Shown one piece after another: positions 38,805-46,515 of a stretch of DNA of 48,066 nt; position 1 is the stretch's first letter, and each line of letters starts with the position of its first letter. The position numbers and the translations under genes are program-made. The stretch is from Acidiferrobacterales bacterium (lineage in GTDB: Bacteria > Pseudomonadota > Gammaproteobacteria > Acidiferrobacterales > UBA6901). Below the pieces are notes generated by a model, which did not search any database, was not told the origin of the DNA, and worked only from the letters and a program-made list of their open reading frames with translations. Where the stretch lies: the NCBI GenBank assembly GCA_035256085.1, contig DATEYP010000055.1, forward strand, positions 1-48,066, given 5' to 3'.

Positions 38805-38962
38805 TTGAACCGCCAAGAACGCCAAGAACGCCAAGAACGCCAAGATTGTCCAAGTTGTTCCTGGAGGCTCGGGGTGATTCAGCAGAGGTGAACTTATAAC
38901 GAAGCCGTCCTTGGCCCTTTAACCCATATTCCTTGGCGTTCTTGGCGTCCTTGGCGGTTCAA
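38805..38962. repeat. Long hairpin (about 30-bp arms of CGCCAAGRA units, about 95-nt loop) upstream of cbbQ; ORF-less relative of the 39815-40284 cassette
   Basis: Left arm TTGAACCGCCAAGAACGCCAAGAACGCCAAGAACGCCAAG. Right arm CCTTGGCGTTCTTGGCGTCCTTGGCGGTTCAA is its reverse complement with 1 mismatch over about 30 nt. Confidence 0.9.
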
Positions 38963-38979
38963 CGTGTAGTTGAGAGGAC

Positions 38980-39816
38980 ATGAGCATGAGCAAAACAGCC
39001 GTGAAGACCGCGGACACAATGGATGTCAGTCAATATCTGGTGACGCAGGAACCGTACTACCGGCCAGTGTCGAACGAAGTTGAACTGTACGAGGCCGCCT
39101 ACAGCGTGCGCATGCCGGTGATGTTGAAAGGCCCGACCGGTTGCGGCAAGTCGCGCTTTGTCGAGCACATGGCGTGGAAGCTAAAGAAGCCGCTGATCAC
39201 CGTGGCCTGCAACGAGGACATGACCGCCTCGGATCTGGTTGGCCGTTATCTGCTCGATGCCTCCGGCACCAAGTGGCACGATGGTCCGCTGACCGTGGCT
39301 GCGCGCATCGGCGCGATTGCCTATCTCGATGAAGTCGTCGAAGCGCGCCAGGACACCACCGTGGTCATCCACCCGCTGACCGATCATCGCCGCCAGTTGC
39401 CGCTCGAGAAGAAAGGCGAGATGGTGAACTGCCATCCTGACTTCCAGCTCGTGATCTCCTACAACCCGGGTTACCAGAGCCTGATGAAGGATCTCAAGCA
39501 ATCGACCAAGCAGCGTTTCGGTGCCATCGATTTCGATTACCCGAATGCGGAAGTGGAATCCGAAATCATCATGCACGAAACGAGGGTCGACAAGGCAACC
39601 GCCGAGAAGCTGGTGCAGATCGCGCACCGTGCCCGCAACCTCAAGGGCCATGGTCTCGATGAAGGCATCTCGACCCGCCTGCTGACCTACGCCGGCGCGC
39701 TGATCGCCAAGGGCATTGCACCTCGGGCCGCCTGCCAGATGACCCTGGTGCGTCCGATCACCGATGACCCGGACATGCGCGATACGCTGGACGCGGCGAT
39801 AAATACATATTTTTAA
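38980..39816 (+). CDS. cbbQ: RuBisCO activase subunit CbbQ (MoxR-type AAA+ ATPase)
   Basis: 278 aa. N-terminal QYLVTQEPYYRP, Walker A GPTGCGKS, Walker B IAYLDEVVEA. Alternative start ATG 38986 has better SD spacing. Confidence 0.96.
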   Translation: MSMSKTAVKTADTMDVSQYLVTQEPYYRPVSNEVELYEAAYSVRMPVMLKGPTGCGKSRFVEHMAWKLKKPLITVACNEDMTASDLVGRYLLDASGTKWHDGPLTVAARIGAIAYLDEVVEARQDTTVVIHPLTDHRRQLPLEKKGEMVNCHPDFQLVISYNPGYQSLMKDLKQSTKQRFGAIDFDYPNAEVESEIIMHETRVDKATAEKLVQIAHRARNLKGHGLDEGISTRLLTYAGALIAKGIAPRAACQMTLVRPITDDPDMRDTLDAAINTYF

Positions 39817-40284
39817 ACCGCCAAGACGCCAAGGACGCCAAGAAAAACAAACGGAATAGAAAAATGGAACCGAGCAAGGAGCTTGATAATCTGACGAACT
39901 CAGTAATTGGGGCGGCGATAGAAGTTCATAAACACCTTGGTCCGGGCTATCTTGAGAGTGTTTATGAAGAGGCGCTTGGCATAGAGCTGACGGAGCGCGG
40001 CATTCCGTATCGTCGACAACACCCTGTCTCGGTGTCGTACAAAGAGAAGACCGTTGGTGAAGGAAAGCTGGATGTGCTGGTAGCCGACAAATTGATAGTT
40101 GAGCTGAAGGCGGTTGAAGCACTGTTGCCGGTACACAAGGCGCAGGTAATCTCCTATCTCAAGGCGACCAGGTTTCATCTCGGCTTGTTGATCAACTTCA
40201 ATGTATCCGTGCTTCGCGATGGTATTCAGCGAATCATTTATTCAAATTGATTTTCTTGGCGTCCTTGGCGCCTTGGCGGTTCAA
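39815..40284 (+). mobile_element. Inverted-repeat cassette carrying a GxxExxY gene; fills the whole cbbQ-cbbO spacer
   Basis: Left IR is AAACCGCCAAGACGCCAAGGACGCCAAGAAAA (39815-39846). Right IR is TTTTCTTGGCGTCCTTGGCGCCTTGGCGGTTCAA (40251-40284). They are reverse complements with 2-3 mismatches and share the TTGAACCGCCAAG... terminus of the 38805-38962 hairpin. The interior is visibly more AT-rich than the flanks. Confidence 0.6.
39864..40250 (+). CDS. GxxExxY protein (PD-(D/E)XK nuclease-like small protein)
   Basis: 128 aa with the diagnostic GPGYLESVYEEAL motif (G-x-x-E-x-x-Y). It also has ...DVLVADKLIVELKAV... and LLINFN, typical of this family. Confidence 0.88.
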   Translation: MEPSKELDNLTNSVIGAAIEVHKHLGPGYLESVYEEALGIELTERGIPYRRQHPVSVSYKEKTVGEGKLDVLVADKLIVELKAVEALLPVHKAQVISYLKATRFHLGLLINFNVSVLRDGIQRIIYSN

Positions 40285-40292
40285 GAAAATAT

Positions 40293-42626
40293 ATGACAGT
40301 CGATCTCAAGGAATACCACGCCCTGCTCGATGAGCTGCACCCACAGGTGCGCACCACGCTCGAAGCGAGCTTTGCCGAAGCGGCGCGGGTGATGACCCCG
40401 CAGGGGCTGCACAACTGGCTGGAAGGCGCCAAGGGCCTGTCACAACTCGGCCGCGGCAATGAGTTGGTCATTACCTACATCCAGTCCATGCCGGCCGTGG
40501 CGAAGGAAGCCGGAGAAGAAGTCATCAAGGATGCCATCATCGCCGCGATGAAGCTGTCGTCGATGGTGAGCGGTGAAGTCATCCAGCTCATGTTCGGCAC
40601 GCTGCCGACCGCCGCGCACCGGCTGGGCGATGCCGAGCTGCTGCGCGGTTACCTCGGGTTGATCCACCAGCTGTCGTCCAAGGTGCCGCGTGGCCTGCGA
40701 CCCATGTTGTCGCATCTCGACGAGTTGCTGGCCAAGCTGACGCTCGGCGGCCTGCGCCGCTGGGCGCTGTGGGGCGCGCAGGCGCACCTGCGCGACTTTG
40801 CCACACAACTGGCGTACTTCGATCTCAAGAGCGCCGACAGTCAGGCGATGTTGCAGAAGGAGCGGCGTGGCACGCTGTTCTTCGACAACCAGCGCAAGCT
40901 CAATTTCTATTTGCGCGCCTTCTGGGGTCGCGACTTCTTCATGCGCCCAACCTCGGGCGATTTCGAGACCCGCGAAGGCTACAAGCCGTTTATTGAAACG
41001 CGCGTCATTCATATGCCGGACGCATTCGATGATTTTGCCGGGCTGCCGGGGAAGGATCTGTATCGCGCCACGGCCGCGCACGCCGCCGCGCACCTGGTTT
41101 ACACGAAAAAGCCGATGTCCATGGAGCAGCTCAACCCGGCACAGATGTTTATCATCGGCCTGTTCGAGGATGCGCGTGTCGAGGCCTTGGCGGTGCGCGA
41201 ATTCCCGGGAATGAAGCAGATGTGGTCGGCGATCCATGCCAAGGTGCGGGAAGTGAGTTGCCCGACCAGCCCGGTCGTGAGCCTGCTCGAACGGCTGGCC
41301 TATGCCTTGCTGGACGAGGGCTACCACGATGATGACGGCCTGATCCAGGAAATGTCGGGCGCGTTCCGTGGCGAGTTTGCCAAGCGCCCGGAAGACAACC
41401 AGCTCAGCTGGGACCTTGGCGTCACGCTTTACAACAAGCTCGGCGAGCGCGGCGGCATCCCGAGTCTGCGCGTGCTGGAATCGATAGCGATTCCCTACCG
41501 TGACGACAATCGCTACTGCTGGGCCTCGGATGAAATTGCCTGGCACGCGGCCGAGTACGTCCCGGCACCGAAGCAGGTGCGCAAGTATGTCTCGGCGCTG
41601 GAGATGGCGCACGAGGTCGATTGCGAACTGGCCGGCGACGACGCCCAGGAGATCTGGGTGATCAACACGCCGTTCTATCTCGACCAGGAAGGCTGCACGA
41701 TTAATGAACTGGAGGGAAAGGAACCTGTTTCCGAGCCCTACCATTACCAGGAATGGGATTACAACGTGCAGTTGCATCGCCCGAGCTGGGCGACGGTGCT
41801 GGAAAAGCGCCAGAAGAAGGGCGACCCGCAGGAAATCGACCGGATTTTGATCGAGAACCGGCCAGTGGCCTCGCGCCTTCGCCACATCATCGACGCCATG
41901 CAGCCGGAGGGCGTGCAGCGCTTCCGTCGCCAGGAAGATGGTGTTGAGATCGATCTCAACGCCGCGATCCGTGCCATGATCGACATCCGCATGGGCGAGA
42001 TGCCGGACCAGCGCATCAATATCCGCATCGAGCGCAAGGTGCGCGACCTCGCGCTGCTGGTGCTGCTCGACCTGTCGGAATCGACCAATGAGAAGCTGGG
42101 CGATTCCGAGAAGACCGTCATTCAGCTGGCGCGCGAAGCCACCTCGCTGTTGTCCTGGGCCATCGACCGCGTCGGCGATCCGTTCGCCATCCACGGCTTT
42201 GCCTCAGACGGCCGCCACGACGTCGAGTATTACCGCTTCAAGGACTTCGACGACAGCTACGACGACGAAGCCAAGGCCAAACTCGCCGGCATGCAGGGCG
42301 GACTGTCGACCCGCATGGGCGCGGCGCTGCGCCACGCCGCCACGTTCCTGTTCAAGCAGCGCGAGCAGAAGAAGCTGATCCTGCTGGTCACCGACGGCGA
42401 GCCGGCCGACATCGACGTGCGCGATCCGCAGTACCTGCGCCACGACACCAAGAAGGCGGTGGAAGAACTGGCGGCCCGCGGCGTGCGTACCTTCTGCCTG
42501 ACGCTCGATCCGAATGCCGACGACTATGTCTCACGCATCTTCGGTCCCAAGGGCTACATGGTGGTCGATCGCGTCGACCGCCTGCCGGAGCGTTTGCCGA
42601 TGCTGTATGCCGGTCTGACACGCTGA
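40293..42626 (+). CDS. cbbO: RuBisCO activase adaptor CbbO (von Willebrand factor A domain)
   Basis: 777 aa. The C-terminal vWA has MIDAS LLDLSEST...LLVTDGEPADID. The position after cbbQ and the NorD/CbbO-like N-terminal region support the call. Confidence 0.95.
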   Translation: MTVDLKEYHALLDELHPQVRTTLEASFAEAARVMTPQGLHNWLEGAKGLSQLGRGNELVITYIQSMPAVAKEAGEEVIKDAIIAAMKLSSMVSGEVIQLMFGTLPTAAHRLGDAELLRGYLGLIHQLSSKVPRGLRPMLSHLDELLAKLTLGGLRRWALWGAQAHLRDFATQLAYFDLKSADSQAMLQKERRGTLFFDNQRKLNFYLRAFWGRDFFMRPTSGDFETREGYKPFIETRVIHMPDAFDDFAGLPGKDLYRATAAHAAAHLVYTKKPMSMEQLNPAQMFIIGLFEDARVEALAVREFPGMKQMWSAIHAKVREVSCPTSPVVSLLERLAYALLDEGYHDDDGLIQEMSGAFRGEFAKRPEDNQLSWDLGVTLYNKLGERGGIPSLRVLESIAIPYRDDNRYCWASDEIAWHAAEYVPAPKQVRKYVSALEMAHEVDCELAGDDAQEIWVINTPFYLDQEGCTINELEGKEPVSEPYHYQEWDYNVQLHRPSWATVLEKRQKKGDPQEIDRILIENRPVASRLRHIIDAMQPEGVQRFRRQEDGVEIDLNAAIRAMIDIRMGEMPDQRINIRIERKVRDLALLVLLDLSESTNEKLGDSEKTVIQLAREATSLLSWAIDRVGDPFAIHGFASDGRHDVEYYRFKDFDDSYDDEAKAKLAGMQGGLSTRMGAALRHAATFLFKQREQKKLILLVTDGEPADIDVRDPQYLRHDTKKAVEELAARGVRTFCLTLDPNADDYVSRIFGPKGYMVVDRVDRLPERLPMLYAGLTR

Positions 42627-42652
42627 CGAAAGCAAGGCCGACGAAAACAAGA

Positions 42653-43315
42653 ATGAAAGACATCGAAGACCTGGTCTCCGGATTTCGCCGTTTCCAGCAA
42701 CGTTATTTTGGCGAAGAACGCGAGCTGTACGAGCGGCTGGCGCGCGGCGGCCAGTCGCCGCGCATCATGGTCGTCGGCTGCTGCGATTCTCGCGTCGATC
42801 CGGCGCTCATCACCGACTGCGACCCGGGCGACATGTTCGTGGTGCGCAACGTCGCCAATCTGGTGCCACCCTACGAAACCGGCGGCGGCTATCACGGCAC
42901 CAGCGCGGCGCTGGAATTCGCGGTGCGTGGCATCGGCGTGGAACACATCATCGTGCTCGGCCATGCGCGCTGCGGCGGCATTCGCTCGCTGATGGGCGAG
43001 TCGGGGGTCAAGGGCGGCGCGGAATTTATCGGCCCGTGGATGTCCATCGCCGAGAGCGCGCGAAAAGCGGTGCAGCAGGAACACGGGGACGAATCGTTCG
43101 ACCAGCAGTCGCGCGCCTGCGAACTGGCGGCGCTGCGTGTCTCGCTCGGCAACCTCAGGAGCTTCCCGTTTGTGCGTGAGGCCGTGGCGGCCGGACGGCT
43201 CGGTGTGCATGGCTGGTATTTCGATATCGAAAAGGGCGAGCTGCTGCGATACACACCGACCCGCGACCGGTTCGAGCCGGTGGTCGGCGGCCTCGGAGCC
43301 GAACCCGTCGCCTGA
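42653..43315 (+). CDS. Beta-class carbonic anhydrase
   Basis: 220 aa. Zn ligand and catalytic motifs are VVGCCDSRVDP and VLGHARCGGI, with the FRRFQQ N-terminal helix. Confidence 0.93.
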   Translation: MKDIEDLVSGFRRFQQRYFGEERELYERLARGGQSPRIMVVGCCDSRVDPALITDCDPGDMFVVRNVANLVPPYETGGGYHGTSAALEFAVRGIGVEHIIVLGHARCGGIRSLMGESGVKGGAEFIGPWMSIAESARKAVQQEHGDESFDQQSRACELAALRVSLGNLRSFPFVREAVAAGRLGVHGWYFDIEKGELLRYTPTRDRFEPVVGGLGAEPVA

Positions 43316-43335
43316 TTCCGGGGCGGGAGATCCGG

Positions 43336-43490
43336 ATGCCGCTCGTCGACATGAAGGACATGCTCGACCATGCCTGCCGCGAGCGGGTTGCGGTCGGTGC
43401 GTTCGATCTCTTCGGTCTCGACTTCCTTGAAGCTATCGTGGGCGGCGCCGAGGCACAGCGCGCGCCGGTGATTCACAATGGTAAACCCCC
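43336..43490 (+). pseudogene. N-terminal fragment of a class II (ketose/fructose) bisphosphate aldolase
   Basis: MPLVDMKDMLDHACRERVAVGAFDLFGLDFLEAIVGGAEAQRAPVI... matches the class II aldolase N-terminus for about 48 aa. The frame then runs into the repeat element and loses all similarity. Confidence 0.7.
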
Positions 43491-43509
43491 GGCTCTGCCG
43501 GAGGACTCC

Positions 43510-43703
43510 CCGGAGTTTGACCGTCACGACGGCCACAAAATATTTCCCTCCCCCTGCCAAGGGGGAGGGCGAGGGAGGGGGTGTACTGTTAACGGTATGC
43601 ACGGACCGTCTCATCTCACCCCCATCCCAACCTTCCCCCTTCAAGGGGGAAGGAGAATAATGATTCGCCGCCATCCGGTGGCTCACGGTGTTATCGGGCG
43701 CCT
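43510..43703. repeat. MITE-like repeat, copy 1 (three conserved hairpins)
   Basis: The 169-bp core (43535-43703) is about nine-tenths identical to 44617-44785. Hairpins are CCCTCCCCCT-GCCA-AGGGGGAGGG and CCTTCCCCCT-TCA-AGGGGGAAGG. Confidence 0.9.
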
Positions 43704-44052
43704 TTGACGACTGCTTGGATGCAGGAGGTAGAGCAACGCAGGGAGCAGTTGCCGAGGCGCTCACAAAATAAGCCCCCGGTTTTTCCGGGGTCAGTTAACT
43801 TTGTCGCTGGTTGAATCGCTTTTCGGGTATTACGACTTCGAACTGGCGATAGCGGCGACGCTGGCGTCCGCGCGCCGTGCGGCCGTGCCGGGTCACTGGC
43901 AGGCGACGGCTTGTGTCACGCGCCTGCCGGAGTGACCGCCATGCGATACGCGGGCCTGGCTCAACGGTGAGAGGGCGCGGGCGTTTTACCTTGACGTCCG
44001 GCAAGCCCTGCTTCAATCTCCGCTTCGAGATATCAAGAACAAGGAAACCGGT

Positions 44053-44484
44053 ATGACACGACCTGTCTCACGCTATGCCGGCCTGACACTGCGCGCGGCC
44101 GAAGACATCGGCCTCGCGGTCATCGGCCTGGCCACGATTGTCGCCGGCTGGCAGGAAGTTCAGGCCATGCTGACCGCCGGCAAGGTATCCCTGGCCGATC
44201 TGCTGTTGATGTTCATTTATCTGGAGGTGCTGACCATGGTCGGTCTGTACTTCGAGTCGGGCAAGCTGCCGGTGCGCTTTCCGCTCTATATCGGCATGGT
44301 GGCGCTGGCCCGGTACCTCATTCTCGACATGAAGGACCTGGATGTGTGGCGCATGCTGGGTGTAGCCCTCTCCATCGTGCTTCTGGCCGCCGCCGTGCTG
44401 GCCATCCGTTATGGCCATGTCCGGTATCCCTACCTGGAAGATGGAACGTCGACACGCCACGCCGGTTCGCGCAACAAGCGCTGA
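44053..44484 (+). CDS. PsiE-family (phosphate-starvation-inducible E-like) membrane protein
   Basis: 143 aa with four predicted TM helices. The pattern DLLLMFIYLEVLTMV...FPLYIGMVALARYLIL is typical of PsiE-like proteins. Confidence 0.75.
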   Translation: MTRPVSRYAGLTLRAAEDIGLAVIGLATIVAGWQEVQAMLTAGKVSLADLLLMFIYLEVLTMVGLYFESGKLPVRFPLYIGMVALARYLILDMKDLDVWRMLGVALSIVLLAAAVLAIRYGHVRYPYLEDGTSTRHAGSRNKR

Positions 44485-44602
44485 ATAACTGTTCTGGGTC
44501 CAAGAGAATTTCTAAAACCAGGGCCATCCCTGGCCTCTCAATGGTTCGGATCCATGCGAGGGCCGTGGCGATTTCCGCGTTTCACCGCTGGATTTTTTCA
44601 TC

Positions 44603-44785
44603 CGGGGTTTGGCGGTCACAAAATATTCCCCTCCCCCTGGAAGGGGGAGGGCGAGGGAGGGGGTACCGTGTCAACGGCATGCACGGACCGTCTCACCTCA
44701 CCCCCATCCCCACCTTCCCCCTTCCAGGGGGAAGGAGAATAACGATTCGCCGCCATCAGGCGGCTCACGGGATTATCGGGCGCCT
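44603..44785. repeat. MITE-like repeat, copy 2 (direct orientation)
   Basis: See copy 1. Stems are conserved while loops differ (GGA vs GCCA; TCC vs TCA). The third hairpin is GCCGCC-ATCA-GGCGGC. Confidence 0.9.
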
Positions 44786-44921
44786 GCCGATTTCGTGGTC
44801 GAGATTCCCGGCGATCAGCCGCCCTTCCTGCCTGACGAAATCCACGAAGGCCTGCCCAACGGCGGCGCGCACTGGTTACCGTTTCCCTCGATAATCCAAG
44901 GTTCCTGTAGACTGATCCCTC

Positions 44922-45458
44922 ATGGCGAGAAAACTCATAAAGCGCTACATGCCGGATGTGCACAAAATCCGTGCCCATAAACACGTGCGCATGTTCGGCA
45001 AGCTTCTGCACGAACCCAACCTCTGGCACCTCAACCGGTATTCCGTTTCCGGCTCGTTCGCCGTCGGGCTGTTCTGGGCGTTTGTGCCCATACCGTTCCA
45101 GATGATCCCGTCGGCCGCTACCGCCATCTGGCTGCGCGTCAACCTGCCGATTTCGGTGGCGCTGGTGTGGATCACCAACCCGTTCACCATGGCGCCGGTC
45201 TTCTACTTCAACTACAAGCTGGGTTCATGGCTCCTGCGTCAGCCGGCGCAGGACGTGAGTTTCGAGTTCACCCTCGACTGGGTTACCCAGCAGCTTGGCG
45301 CCATCTGGCAACCGTTCTTTCTCGGTTCGTTCGTGGTCGCGGGGCTCGCCTCGGCAGCCGGCTACTGGGCCATGCGCGGCTTCTGGCGCCTGCAGACCGT
45401 GCGTCAATGGGAACGGCGCAAACATGCTCGGGAGCACCGGCGGCACGGACGGCGCTGA
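44922..45458 (+). CDS. DUF2062-family membrane protein
   Basis: 178 aa. N-terminal ...LLHEPNLWHLNRYSVSGSFAVGLFWAFVPIPFQM...TNPFTMAPVFYFNYKLG matches the DUF2062 pattern as I recall it. Confidence 0.75.
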   Translation: MARKLIKRYMPDVHKIRAHKHVRMFGKLLHEPNLWHLNRYSVSGSFAVGLFWAFVPIPFQMIPSAATAIWLRVNLPISVALVWITNPFTMAPVFYFNYKLGSWLLRQPAQDVSFEFTLDWVTQQLGAIWQPFFLGSFVVAGLASAAGYWAMRGFWRLQTVRQWERRKHAREHRRHGRR

Positions 45459-45629
45459 CCCTGAGTTTGGAGACTTGATGGCAGTTCGTCTCCTTACGGC
45501 CAACGGACTAAACCGCTCGCGCGGTAGGGTGGCCTCGATGGGGTACCCACGGGTAGCTGATATCTGAGGCTCTGTTTCGTATGTTGTGAACCGAGGCAAT
45601 CCGCCTCATTTCACGACAGGAGCAGAGCC

Positions 45630-46505
45630 ATGAACAAACCCACTCACCGTATCTCACCGCTGCGTCAACGCATGATCGAGGACATGCGGATGCGCAAACT
45701 CTCACCCAAGACGCAGGCCGCTTACATTCGCACCGTGCGGCAATTGGCTGGCTATCTTGGCCACGCGCCCGATACCGCCACCGTCGAAGATCTTCGGAAC
45801 TACCAGTTGCACCTGGTCGACCACGGCACCTCGCCGGTCTCGCTCAATGCGGCCATCACGGGGCTTAAGTTCTTCTTTGGCATCACGCTGGATCGTGGCG
45901 AGTTGATGGCCCGGATGCAGCCGGTGCATGTCCCGCACAAACTGCCCGTGGTGTTGAGCCGTGAGGAGGTCGCGCGCCTGATCGCCGCCGCCGGCAACCT
46001 GAAGCACCAGACGGCGCTCTCGGTCGCCTACGGCGCCGGACTGCGCGCCGCCGAAGTGGCGGCGCTGAAGGTCGGTGACATCGACAGCCAACGCATGATT
46101 CTGCGCGTCGAACAGGGCAAGGGCAGCAAGGACCGCTACGTCATGCTCTCGCCGGTGCTGCTCGAACGCCTGCGTACCTGGTGGCGGGTGGCCCGGGCCC
46201 AAGGCAAGATGCTCGATGGCGGCTGGCTGTTCCCCGGTCTGAACCCGATCGACCCACTCTCCACCCGACAGCTCAACCGCGCCGTGCACGCCGCGGCCGC
46301 CGCCGCGCGCCTCGACAAGCGCGTCTCGATGCATACCTTGCGCCATTGCTTTGCCACGCACCTGCTGGAGCAGAAGGTCGATATCCGTGTGATCCAGGTT
46401 CTGCTTGGCCACAAGAAGCTCGAGACCACCGCGCTCTATGCCCAGGTGGCCACCGAAATCCTGCGCGCCGTGGTCAGTCCCCTGGAGGGAGTGCGATCCG
46501 CGTAG
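45630..46505 (+). CDS. Tyrosine recombinase/integrase (IS91-associated type)
   Basis: 291 aa. The N-terminal SAM-like domain is followed by catalytic residues in AGLRAAEV, HTLRHCFATHLL and LLGHKKLETTALY. Confidence 0.9.
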   Translation: MNKPTHRISPLRQRMIEDMRMRKLSPKTQAAYIRTVRQLAGYLGHAPDTATVEDLRNYQLHLVDHGTSPVSLNAAITGLKFFFGITLDRGELMARMQPVHVPHKLPVVLSREEVARLIAAAGNLKHQTALSVAYGAGLRAAEVAALKVGDIDSQRMILRVEQGKGSKDRYVMLSPVLLERLRTWWRVARAQGKMLDGGWLFPGLNPIDPLSTRQLNRAVHAAAAAARLDKRVSMHTLRHCFATHLLEQKVDIRVIQVLLGHKKLETTALYAQVATEILRAVVSPLEGVRSA

Positions 46506-46515
46506 GGCGCTTGTC

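Noticed and set aside
42892-43764. 290-aa minus ORF and plus-strand ORFs 43336-43707, 44346-44894 and 44609-44980 spanning the MITE-like repeats.
   Set aside because: Their only conserved parts are the repeat-encoded PSPxxGEG/GGGRGRG strings, which are translations of hairpin DNA. Beyond the aldolase fragment at 43336-43490 there are no protein-like motifs.
43795-44016. 73-aa very Arg-rich minus-strand ORF between MITE copy 1 and psiE. A hairpin plus T-rich run (CCCCGGAAAAACCGGGG...) lies just downstream on that strand.
   Set aside because: Only a TTG start is available, placed 1 nt after a GGAGA, which is too close. The extreme basic composition is typical of an off-frame GC-rich translation, and no family was recognised. 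It is kept only as a weak possibility.
44535-44560. GGTTCGGATCC, resembling a tRNA T-loop, considered as a tRNA or tRNA fragment (possible integration site).
   Set aside because: No matching acceptor stem, anticodon arm or D-arm could be built from the flanking sequence.
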